Positions 19,007 through 27,639 of a DNA stretch of 64,000 bases are shown here, in pieces. Below the pieces are notes generated by a model, which worked only from the letters and a program-made list of their open reading frames with translations, was not told the DNA's origin and made no database searches. Location of the stretch: contig CAWDVE010000013.1 of NCBI GenBank assembly GCA_963805625.1, positions 128,001 through 192,000 of the forward strand. The letters are read 5' to 3'. The number at the start of each line of letters is the position of its first letter. Within the stretch, counting starts at the first letter, position 1. Both the position numbers and the translations under genes were made by a program. The stretch is from an uncultured Candidatus Rokubacteria bacterium. GTDB taxonomy: Bacteria > Methylomirabilota > Methylomirabilia > Rokubacteriales > DASRDR01.

Positions 19007-19381
19007 ATGGCCAGAGATCGCGCGCCTGACGTCCCTGCCCTCCCGCGTGACGAGGCCGGCGCGCCCGTGTTCGGGGCGCCCTGGGAAGCCCAGGCCTTCG
19101 CGATGGCCGTCCGGCTCCACGAGGCGGGTCACTTCACGTGGACCGAGTGGGCCGAGCGGCTGGCGGGGGAGATCAAGCGCGCCCAGGCCGCCGGGGATCC
19201 CGACCGGGGCGACACCTACTACCACCACTGGCTCGCCACGCTCGAGCGCCTGGTCGCCGAGAAGGGCCTGGTCGCGCCCGACGAGCTTCACCGGCGGAAA
19301 GTCGAGTGGGACCTGGCCGCGCGGGCCACGCCTCACGGGAAGCCCATCGAGCTCCACCCGAGCCGGGGAGCCGAGCGCTGA
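19007..19381 (+). CDS. Nitrile hydratase accessory/activator protein (beta-like, P14K type)
   Basis: PVFGAPWEAQAFAMAV, FTWTEW, YYHHWLATLE, TPHGKPIEL. Confidence 0.92.
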   Translation: MARDRAPDVPALPRDEAGAPVFGAPWEAQAFAMAVRLHEAGHFTWTEWAERLAGEIKRAQAAGDPDRGDTYYHHWLATLERLVAEKGLVAPDELHRRKVEWDLAARATPHGKPIELHPSRGAER

Positions 19382-20859
19382 TCAGGGCCCCACGCGCTCA
19401 CGCCCTCCTGCGCGGGACGGCAGGCCTCGCGCTCGCCGGCTTCTGTCTGCTCGGCCTCGCTGCCCACGCCGCCGACAGACCGACGGCGGACGATCTCCGC
19501 ACGGCGCTCGAATCCGGCCCCGCGCTCCGCGTCGACGAACAGCCGCTCCGGACCGGGGTCCTGCGGGAGTTCTACGCGTCGATCCGCTTCGAGCCCGTCT
19601 GGGGACCTGATCCAGGGGGAGCCGCCCGCACCGCGGTGGCGCTCGACGCTCTCCTCGGAGCCCGAGACCACGGCCTCGTGCCGGCCCACTACGGGCTCGC
19701 CGCGCTCAGGCGCCGCGCGGAGCCGGCGACGCCGGCGGCGGCCGTCCAGCGCGAGCTCCTGCTGACCGACGCCCTCTTGCGCTACGCGGTGGATCTCCGG
19801 GTCGGACGGCTCCGCCCGACGACGGCGCAGCCGGACTGGGGAATCCCTCCGCCCGACCGCGAGGACCCCGTCGCCGAGCTCGTGGAGGCGATCGAGGCCG
19901 GCACGCTGGCCTCGTGGCTCGAGGCCTTGCCCCCTCCCCACGAGGGTTACGCGCGGCTCGTGGCCGCCCTCCGCACGCTTCACGCGACGGCCGATCGGGC
20001 CGGCGCCCGCCCGACCGATCAGCGTGCCCGCCAGGTCGCCGTCAACCTGGAGCGCTGGCGGTGGCTTCCGCGGCGCCTCGAGTCCCGCTACCTCGCGGTC
20101 AACGCGGCGGACGCAACCCTCGCCGTCGTCGAGGACGGACGGGTGCGGCTCACGTCGCGCGTGGTCGTCGGCGACGAGCTCCACCCCACGCCGGTGGTGC
20201 GCTCCGAGATGGGCGCGATCGTGTTCAACCCTCCGTGGACGGTCCCCACGAGCATCGTCGTCGACGAGTTCCTGCCGAAGCTCCGCGCGAACCTCCGGTT
20301 CCTCGCCGACAACGACATCGTCATCCTCGACCGGCGCGAGGACCCGTACGGGCTCGCGATCGACTGGACGGCGGTCCCCGCGGAGCGATTCCCGTTCCGG
20401 CTCCAGCAACGCCCCGGCGGCTGGAACCCGCTGGGCCGGATGCGCTTCGCCACACCGAATCGCTTCGACGTCTACCTCCACGACACGCCCCTGCCAGAGC
20501 TCTTCCCGCGCGCCGACCGGGCGCTGAGTCACGGCTGCGTGCGCGTGGAGCAGGCGCGTGAGCTGGCCGCGCTCGTCCTAGCCGGCCAGGCAGCCGGCCG
20601 GCCCGAGGCCCTCCAGCGTGCCATGTCGAGCGGCGCGACGAGCGTCGTCACCGTCGCGCGTCCCCTGCCCGTGTACCTCCTCTACTGGACCGCGTTCGTC
20701 GACGACGAGGGCCGGCTCCAGCTGCGAGACGACCCTTACGATCGAGACCCCCGCGTGGCCGCCGCACTGGCGCGCGCCCCGGTGACCGTCGCGCGCTCCG
20801 GAAACGCTATCCGCCCCCCGGCCTCGGGTCAGGGCGGGGGATCCGGCATCCGTCGGTGA
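19378..20859 (+). CDS. L,D-transpeptidase YcbB/LdtD-like
   Basis: NLERWRWLP, FNPPWTVP, LQQRPG-NPLG, YLHDTP...SHGCVRV; start uncertain (CTG 19378 proposed). Confidence 0.85.
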   Translation: MIRAPRAHALLRGTAGLALAGFCLLGLAAHAADRPTADDLRTALESGPALRVDEQPLRTGVLREFYASIRFEPVWGPDPGGAARTAVALDALLGARDHGLVPAHYGLAALRRRAEPATPAAAVQRELLLTDALLRYAVDLRVGRLRPTTAQPDWGIPPPDREDPVAELVEAIEAGTLASWLEALPPPHEGYARLVAALRTLHATADRAGARPTDQRARQVAVNLERWRWLPRRLESRYLAVNAADATLAVVEDGRVRLTSRVVVGDELHPTPVVRSEMGAIVFNPPWTVPTSIVVDEFLPKLRANLRFLADNDIVILDRREDPYGLAIDWTAVPAERFPFRLQQRPGGWNPLGRMRFATPNRFDVYLHDTPLPELFPRADRALSHGCVRVEQARELAALVLAGQAAGRPEALQRAMSSGATSVVTVARPLPVYLLYWTAFVDDEGRLQLRDDPYDRDPRVAAALARAPVTVARSGNAIRPPASGQGGGSGIRR

Positions 20860-21407
20860 ACTGTCACCCGCACCCCAACCGCCGAGCCGTGTTGCGGCTC
20901 GCCGCGATGGCGGCGGCGCTGCCCTGGGCGCGCCGCGTGGCGGCTCAAAGCGCGACGGAGACAGAGCCTCACGCGCTCGCATTCCGAAACCTCCACACGG
21001 GCGAGACGGTCGACGTGGTCTACCGGGCGGACGGCCAGTTGGATCAGGGAGCGCTTCGGGAGATCGACTGGGTGCTGCGCGACTTCCGGACCGGCGAGGC
21101 GCGCCAGGTCGATCGGCGGCTCCTCGAGCTCCTGCGGCGCCTCCGGTCCGCGCTCGACACGACCGAGCCCTACGAGGTGATCTCGGGCTACCGCTCCCCC
21201 GCGACCAACGCCATGCTCCGCCGCGAGGGCCGTGGCGTCTCGCGCGTGAGCCTCCACATGCGGGCGATGGCGATCGACGTGCGCGTGCCGGACCGCCCCC
21301 TCACGGCCCTGCGCGACGCCGCGCTCGCCCTCCGGCTCGGCGGCGTCGGCTACTACGCCGCCTCCAACTTCGTCCACATCGACGTCGGCCGCGCCCGGTT
21401 CTGGTGA
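20856..21407 (+). CDS. ycbK: YcbK/MepK (DUF882, peptidase M15) Tat-exported protein
   Basis: NRRAVL Tat signal, NLHTGE, ISGYRSPATN, SLHM-AID, GGVGYY, FVHIDVG; follows the ycbB homolog. Confidence 0.9.
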   Translation: MNCHPHPNRRAVLRLAAMAAALPWARRVAAQSATETEPHALAFRNLHTGETVDVVYRADGQLDQGALREIDWVLRDFRTGEARQVDRRLLELLRRLRSALDTTEPYEVISGYRSPATNAMLRREGRGVSRVSLHMRAMAIDVRVPDRPLTALRDAALALRLGGVGYYAASNFVHIDVGRARFW

Positions 21408-21506
21408 AACGCCTCGACTTGGCCTTCTCGAACGGCCCTCGGCCTGTGTCGATCGGGTCGGATCGGCCCCTTACAGGGGCCACCCGCCGGCCGGTGGGAT
21501 AGGCGC

Positions 21507-22139
21507 ATGTACGTCCCGAAGCAGTTCGAGGCGCCCGACGTCGCCTGGTGCCACGGCCTCATCCGGCGGGAGCCGTTCGCGATCCTCGTCGGCGTCGATC
21601 CGGCCGGCGCCCCGTTCGCCACCCACCTGCCCGTCCTGCTCGACCCGTCGCCAGCGCCTCTCGGCACGCTCTTGGGACACGTCGCCCGGCCGAATCCCCA
21701 GTGGCAGCTCTTCGCCCCGGACCGGCCGGTGCTGGTCGTCTTCCCGGGAGCGCACGCCTACGTCTCCCCGTCCTGGTACGCCCAGCACCCGAGCGTGCCC
21801 ACGTGGAACTACGTCGCCGTCCACGCCTACGGCGTCCCGCGGGTGATCGATGAGCCCGGACGGGTCCGGGCGCTCCTCGACCGCCTGGTGCGGACCTTCG
21901 AGGACGGGCGAGCTGCGCCGTGGCGCATGGACACCCTGTCGGACACCTACCTGAGCGGCATGATGCGCGGGATCGTCGCCTTCGAGATCCCGATCGACCG
22001 GCTCGAGGGCAAGGCCAAGCTCAGCCAGAACCGACCGGCCGGCGACCAGGCCCGGGTGCGCGCCGCCCTCGCGGCCGAGGACGACCCGCTGGCCCGGGCC
22101 GTCGCCGAGCTGATGCCGGAGCCCGACCCGCGCTCCTGA
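21507..22139 (+). CDS. PaiB-like FMN-binding protein
   Basis: MYVP, ATHLP, GHVARPN, HAYVSPSWY, VPTWNY, KLSQN. Confidence 0.92.
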   Translation: MYVPKQFEAPDVAWCHGLIRREPFAILVGVDPAGAPFATHLPVLLDPSPAPLGTLLGHVARPNPQWQLFAPDRPVLVVFPGAHAYVSPSWYAQHPSVPTWNYVAVHAYGVPRVIDEPGRVRALLDRLVRTFEDGRAAPWRMDTLSDTYLSGMMRGIVAFEIPIDRLEGKAKLSQNRPAGDQARVRAALAAEDDPLARAVAELMPEPDPRS

Positions 22140-22209
22140 GGCGCGGCGGGGGCGACCACTAGCTACTTTAGCCAGGAAGATCGCTCCTAGCTTCGAGAGG
22201 AGAGTGCGG

Positions 22210-22492
22210 ATGTCGCACGCCAGGGTCGCCATCATCACGGGCGCGGGCCAGGGCATCGGCGCCGGGTTCGCGAAGAGCTTCGCGCCACAACGTCCGCATG
22301 AACAACGTCCTGCCCGGCTACTGCGAGAACGTGGCGATGTCGGACGCCGCGCTCCGGAGCATTCCGATGGGCCGCACGGCGCGCTTCGACGAGATCGGCC
22401 GCGCGTGCGTGTTCCTGGCCTCCGACGCGTCCAGCTACGTGACCGGCCAGAACCTGCTCGTCGACGGCGGCGTCAATCGGGCCGTCCGCTGA
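22210..22492 (+). pseudogene. SDR oxidoreductase remnant with large internal deletion
   Basis: TGAGQGIG joined directly to GFAKSF, then shifted frame NVRMNNVLPG...SYVTGQNLLVDGG. Confidence 0.8.
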
Positions 22493-22574
22493 AGAAGAGA
22501 CCCGTGCGCGACGTCTCCGAGGGCTTCGGCGCGCGCCTTCGCTGGTGGCGACACGCCTGTCCCGATGGCATCAG

Positions 22575-24971
22575 ATGTCGGCGACCGGAGGGCTGATCCT
22601 CGGGTTCGTTCTCACCCCGACGTATCGCGTGGCCGACGGCCGGGCGGAGGTGCACCTCCACGCCGTCCTCGAGAGCGGCGAGGCCGCGCTGGTCGTGGAC
22701 GACCGCTTCCCGCCCTATTTCTTCGTCCGGGCCGCCGACCGGGACGTCCTCTACCGGATGGCTCCCGCGGCGCGCGTGGCCGAATCCACGCTCCTGACGT
22801 TCTCGGGCGAGCCCGTGCTCCGGGTCGAGGTCGACCTGCCGGGCGACGTCCCCCCGATGCGCGCGCGGCTCGCGGAGGCCGGGGTGGAGTGCTTCGAGGC
22901 CGACGTGCGCTTCGCGTACCGCTTCCTGATCGACCACGGGATCCGCGGCGCGTTCCTCGTCGACGGGCCGTTCGAGCGCCGCCCCGGTGTCGGCCGCGTC
23001 TACCGGAACCCGCGCCTCGAGCCGGCCGACTTCGTGCCGCGCCTCCGGGTGCTCTCGTTCGACATCGAGACGAGCCTCGACGGGCGGTCGCTCTACTCGA
23101 TCGCGGCGGCGGGCCAGGGCGGCGACCGGGTCTGGATGGTCCGCCCCGGAGAGACCGGGCCCCTGCCCGGCCTCCCCGAGCACGCGATTGGAGCGCTGGT
23201 GCCGAGCGAGCGGGCGTGCGTCGAGGGCTTCCTCGGCCACCTCCGCACGGCGGATCCGGACGTCCTGACGGGCTGGAACATCGGCGACTTCGACGTGCCG
23301 GTCCTCCAGCGGGTCGCGCGGCGCATCCAGCTCCGCCTGGCGCTCGGGCGTACCGACGAGGAGGCCGAGGTGAGGCGCGACCTCGGCTTCACCCGCGATC
23401 CGCGGGTGATCCTCTCCGGCCGTCAGGTGCTCGACGGGCTCGCGCTCCTCCGGAGCGCCTTCGTCAAGCTCGACGACTACCGGCTCGATACCGCGGCCCA
23501 GGTCATCCTGGGGAAAGGCAAGCTCTTCCATGCCGAGCACCGGGGCCGGGAGATCGAGGCTGCGTGGCGGGACGACCCTGCCCGGCTCGCCGCCTACAAC
23601 CTCAACGACGCGCGCCTCGTCGTGGAGATCCTCGAGCGGACGGGACTCGTCGAGCTGACGGTGCGCCGGAGCCTCCTCACCGGGATGCAGATCGACCGGG
23701 TAGGCGCCCAGATCGCCGCCGTGGATTCCCTCTACCTTTCCGAGCTCCGCGCGCGCCGCCGCGTGGCGCCGTCGGTCCACATCGAGGACGCGCAGGGGAC
23801 GGTCATCTCCGGGGGCCTCGTCCTCGACTCCGTCCCCGGCCTCTACCGGAACATCCTCGTCTTCGACTTCAAGAGTCTCTACCCGAGCCTGATCCGCACG
23901 TTCAACATCGATCCCCTGACGCACGTCCTTCCGGCGCGCGAGACCCCGGACCTGCCGCTCGTCCGCACGCCGAGTGGCGCCAAGTTCCGCGCCGACGAGC
24001 CGGGCATCCTGCCCGAGCTGGTCGCGCGGCTCTGGGAGGAGCGGGCCCAGGCCAGGAAGCAGGGCGACGCGGTGGGCGCCCAGGCGACGAAGATCCTCAT
24101 GAACTCCCTCTTCGGGGTCCTCGGGGCTTCGGCCTGCCGGCTCTTCTCGCCGGCGGTCGCCAACGCGATCACTATCGCCGGACAGCACGTCATCCGGCTC
24201 GCCGCCGCCGCCGTCGAGCAGGCAGGCCACCGCGTCATCTACGGCGACACGGACTCGCTTTTCGTCGATGCGGGCGAGCCCGATTCGGCCGCGGCCGCCA
24301 AGCGGGCCGAGAGCCTGCGCGAGAGCATCGGGGCCCATGTCGCCGAGGCCCTCCGGGCCGAGTTCGGGGTCCGGAGCTGGCTCGAGCTCGAGTTCGAGAA
24401 GGTCTACTCCCGCTTCTGGATGCCCGAGGTCCGCGGCGGCGCGACGGGCAGCAAGAAGCGCTACGCAGGACTGGTGGCCGGCCCGGGCGGCGAGACGCTC
24501 GAGCTGGTTGGGCTCGAGGCGGTGCGGCGGGACTGGAGCGCGGTCGCCCGGCGCTTCCAGCGGGAGCTCCTCCAGCTCGCGTTCCACGAGCAACCTGTCG
24601 AGCAGTTCATCCGCGACTTCGTGGCGGACCTGCGCGCCGGCCGGTTCGACGACCAGCTGGCCTACCGGAAGGCGATCCGGAAGCCGCTCGAATCCTATAC
24701 GAAGACCACGCCGCCGCACGTCAAGGCGGCGCGGAAACAGGCCGGCGGGCCGGGCCGCATCGTCACCTACGTCGTCACCACAGCGGGGCCCGAGGCGGCG
24801 GGCGAGACGACCGCGCCACCGGACTACGACCACTACGTCACCCAGCAGCTCCGGCCTATCGCCGACGCCCTGCTCCACTTCCTGGGCGCTCCCGATTTCG
24901 ACACCATCGCCGAGATTCACCGGCCCGAGGGGCGCCAGCTCGGGCTCTTCGGGGAGGGAGACCTCTCATGA
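22575..24971 (+). CDS. polB: DNA polymerase II (family B)
   Basis: Exo motifs FDIET, GWN-FD, YNLND; polymerase motifs DFKSLYPS, KILMNSLFG, YGDTDS; C-terminal QLGLF clamp-binding motif. Confidence 0.95.
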   Translation: MSATGGLILGFVLTPTYRVADGRAEVHLHAVLESGEAALVVDDRFPPYFFVRAADRDVLYRMAPAARVAESTLLTFSGEPVLRVEVDLPGDVPPMRARLAEAGVECFEADVRFAYRFLIDHGIRGAFLVDGPFERRPGVGRVYRNPRLEPADFVPRLRVLSFDIETSLDGRSLYSIAAAGQGGDRVWMVRPGETGPLPGLPEHAIGALVPSERACVEGFLGHLRTADPDVLTGWNIGDFDVPVLQRVARRIQLRLALGRTDEEAEVRRDLGFTRDPRVILSGRQVLDGLALLRSAFVKLDDYRLDTAAQVILGKGKLFHAEHRGREIEAAWRDDPARLAAYNLNDARLVVEILERTGLVELTVRRSLLTGMQIDRVGAQIAAVDSLYLSELRARRRVAPSVHIEDAQGTVISGGLVLDSVPGLYRNILVFDFKSLYPSLIRTFNIDPLTHVLPARETPDLPLVRTPSGAKFRADEPGILPELVARLWEERAQARKQGDAVGAQATKILMNSLFGVLGASACRLFSPAVANAITIAGQHVIRLAAAAVEQAGHRVIYGDTDSLFVDAGEPDSAAAAKRAESLRESIGAHVAEALRAEFGVRSWLELEFEKVYSRFWMPEVRGGATGSKKRYAGLVAGPGGETLELVGLEAVRRDWSAVARRFQRELLQLAFHEQPVEQFIRDFVADLRAGRFDDQLAYRKAIRKPLESYTKTTPPHVKAARKQAGGPGRIVTYVVTTAGPEAAGETTAPPDYDHYVTQQLRPIADALLHFLGAPDFDTIAEIHRPEGRQLGLFGEGDLS

Positions 24972-26413
24972 CCACGCCGCGCCGCACCCTGATCCACGCC
25001 GGCCATGTGATCGCCTTCGACGGCCGCGGCCATCGTCTCCTCCGGGACGGCGTGGTCGTCCTCGAGGGCGACCGGATCGTCCACGTCAGCCCTCGGTCCG
25101 CGTTCCAGGGCCAGGTCGACGAGACCGTCGACGCTCGCGATCGGATGCTCACGCCCGGCCTCATCTCGACCCACGCGCACATCGCGGGCTCCCCGCTCGA
25201 CCGGTCCTTCATCGAGGACACGGGACGGCCCCAGTTCTACTACTCGGGTCTCTTCGAGACGCTGCCAGTTCGCGACGGCGCCCAGGACGAGGCGGCCAGC
25301 CTGGCCTGTGTCGACTTCTCGATGGCCGAGCTGCTCCGGGGCGGAGTGACCACCGTGCTCGAGATCGGCCAGCTCGGCGAGCACGTGGCCGAGCGCGCGG
25401 CGCACTTCGGCCTCCGCGTCTACTTCGGGCTCTCTTTCCGCTCGGGGCGGTGGCTCACGAAGGACGGCCGGCGCGTCCACTGGGAGTGGGACGAGGAACG
25501 GGGCCGCCAGGGGCTCGCGCGGGCACTCGCGTTCCACGACCGCTTCGACGGCGCCCACGGCAGTCTGGTCCGCTGCTGCCTCGCCCCGGCCCAGGTCGAC
25601 ACGTGCACGCCCGAGCTCCTGCGCGAGGCCAAGCGGGCCGCCGACGAGCGCGGCTGCCCGATCACGCTCCACGCCTCCCAGTCCGTGATCGAGTTCAACG
25701 AGATGCTGGCGCGCCACGGGAAGACTCCGGTCGCCTGGCTCGCCGAGCTGGGCTTCCTCGGACCGAGCACGATCCTCGGCCACGCGATCATCGTGGGCGG
25801 GTCGTCCTGGGCCAATCACCCGACCGGCGACGTCCGGATCATGGGGGAGGCCGGCTGCTCCGTCGCCCACGCGGTCTGGGTCTTCGCCCGGCGCGGCGTC
25901 CCGATGGAGTCGTTCGCCCGCTACCGCGACGCCGGCGTCAACATGTCGCTCGGGACGGACACGAATCCCCAGAGCGTCATCGAGGCCATGCGCTGGGCGG
26001 CCGTCCTGTCGAAGACGATGGAGCGCAACACCCAGGCGACAACGGCGGCTCACGTCTTCGACGCGGCGACCCTCGGCGGCGCTCGCGCGCTCGGTCGGGG
26101 CGACCTCGGCCGCATCGCCCCCGGCGCCCGGGCCGACCTCGTCCTCTGGAAAGGCCGGTCGTGGAGCATGACGCCGCTCCGCGACCCGGTGAAGAACCTC
26201 GTCTACAACGCGACCGCGGAGGACGTCGACCGCGTCTACGTCAACGGGCGCGTGGTGGTCGACGGCGGCCGGGTCCTGGCCGCCGACGAACGGGCAATCC
26301 TGGACGCGCTCCAGGCCGGCGGCGAGCGCATGTGGCCGCGGATGCGCGAGTTCGACTGGGCCGGCCGCGGCGCCGACGAGCTCGCGCCTCAGACGTATCC
26401 GGAGTGGCGCTGA
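24968..26413 (+). CDS. Amidohydrolase family (chlorohydrolase/deaminase-like)
   Basis: PGLISTHAH, TLHASQ, LGHA, LGTD, ATLGGARALG; ATGA overlap with polB. Confidence 0.88.
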   Translation: MTTPRRTLIHAGHVIAFDGRGHRLLRDGVVVLEGDRIVHVSPRSAFQGQVDETVDARDRMLTPGLISTHAHIAGSPLDRSFIEDTGRPQFYYSGLFETLPVRDGAQDEAASLACVDFSMAELLRGGVTTVLEIGQLGEHVAERAAHFGLRVYFGLSFRSGRWLTKDGRRVHWEWDEERGRQGLARALAFHDRFDGAHGSLVRCCLAPAQVDTCTPELLREAKRAADERGCPITLHASQSVIEFNEMLARHGKTPVAWLAELGFLGPSTILGHAIIVGGSSWANHPTGDVRIMGEAGCSVAHAVWVFARRGVPMESFARYRDAGVNMSLGTDTNPQSVIEAMRWAAVLSKTMERNTQATTAAHVFDAATLGGARALGRGDLGRIAPGARADLVLWKGRSWSMTPLRDPVKNLVYNATAEDVDRVYVNGRVVVDGGRVLAADERAILDALQAGGERMWPRMREFDWAGRGADELAPQTYPEWR

Positions 26414-26667
26414 TGCGGCAGTTACCGTCCGAAGCCCGGCTCGGGGCGGGTGCCGTCAGGTGCTGTCCTTGACACGGTCCGAGCCGGCCGCGCACCATCG
26501 AGGCCGAGCGGGTCGGAGCTGCCTTCGTCCGTCAACCACTCTGAACGACCGAGAAGGGGCTGCATGGCGACTACTCGCCGAGCCGGAGATCGTCTGGGCC
26601 GAGCTCAAGTTCTTGACCGAGGGCCCGCGACTGGCGTCCCGCCAACTCTGGAGATAGGAGACTCGTC

Positions 26668-27636
26668 ATGCTCGTGCGCAAGCTGGGTCGCACCGGGCTC
26701 AAGGTGTCCGCGCTGTGCCTGGGCGGCAACACGTTCGGGTGGACCACCGACCAGAAGGCGTCCGAGGCGGTGCTGGATGCCTACGTCGAGGCGGGCGGCA
26801 ACTTCATCGACACCGCCGACGTCTACTCCCGCTGGGCGCCCGGCAACAAAGGCGGGGAGTCGGAGATTGCACTCGGCATCTGGCTGGCCGCGCGCAAGCA
26901 CCGCGCGAGCGTGCTGATCGCCACCAAGGTCTGTGGGCCGATGGGGCCGGGCCCGAACGACGCCGGCCTCTCGCGCACCCACATCATGGAGGGCGTGGAG
27001 GCGTCACTCCGGCGGTTGCAGACCGACTATGTCGATCTCTATCAGGCCCACTGGGACGACAAGGAGACGCCGCTCGAGGAGACGCTGCGCGCCTTCGACG
27101 ACCTGGTGGGCCAGGGCAAGGTGCGCTACATCGGCGCGTCGAACTATCCCGCCTGGCGACTCACCCGCGCGCTCTGGGAGAGCCAGCGCCACGGGTACGC
27201 GCGCTACGAGTGCTTGCAGCCTAAGTACAACCTGGTGATTCGCGACGAGTACGAGCGCGAGCTCGAGCCCCTCTGCCTCGAGCAGGGGGTGGGCGTGATC
27301 CCATACTCGTCGCTCGCGAGCGGCTTCCTTACGGGCAAGTACCGCTCGGGCGAGGCGCTGCCCAAGACGGCCCGGGCCGGCGGCGTGGAAAAGACCTACA
27401 TGAACGAGCGAGGGTTCCGGGTGCTAGCCGCGATCGAGAAGGTGGCGGCGGCCGGCAACGCCACCCCCGCGCAGGTGTCGCTCTCGTGGCTCGCGCACCG
27501 GCCGGGGATCACTGCGCCGATCGCGAGCGCGACGACGGTGGCGCAGCTCAAGGAGCTCGTGGGCGGCATCGAGCTTCGGCTGGATTCGGAGGCGACCGCC
27601 GCGCTCGACCAGGCGAGCGCCTGGCGTGACGCGTAG
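26668..27636 (+). CDS. Aldo/keto reductase
   Basis: FIDTADVY, IATK, DLYQAHW, GKVRYIGASN, YSSLASG. Confidence 0.93.
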   Translation: MLVRKLGRTGLKVSALCLGGNTFGWTTDQKASEAVLDAYVEAGGNFIDTADVYSRWAPGNKGGESEIALGIWLAARKHRASVLIATKVCGPMGPGPNDAGLSRTHIMEGVEASLRRLQTDYVDLYQAHWDDKETPLEETLRAFDDLVGQGKVRYIGASNYPAWRLTRALWESQRHGYARYECLQPKYNLVIRDEYERELEPLCLEQGVGVIPYSSLASGFLTGKYRSGEALPKTARAGGVEKTYMNERGFRVLAAIEKVAAAGNATPAQVSLSWLAHRPGITAPIASATTVAQLKELVGGIELRLDSEATAALDQASAWRDA

Positions 27637-27639
27637 CGC

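Noticed and set aside
21466-21482. Hairpin GGCCCCT-TAC-AGGGGCC as a terminator
   Set aside because: No U-tract; role cannot be supported
22565-26413. 1282-aa ORF suggesting a large fusion protein
   Set aside because: The first ~800 aa are an off-frame reading of polB; the real gene starts at ATG 24968
26604-26617. TCAAG-TT-CTTGA palindrome resembling a SoxR box
   Set aside because: Spacing is 2 nt short of the SoxR site and it is not within a 19-bp promoter spacer
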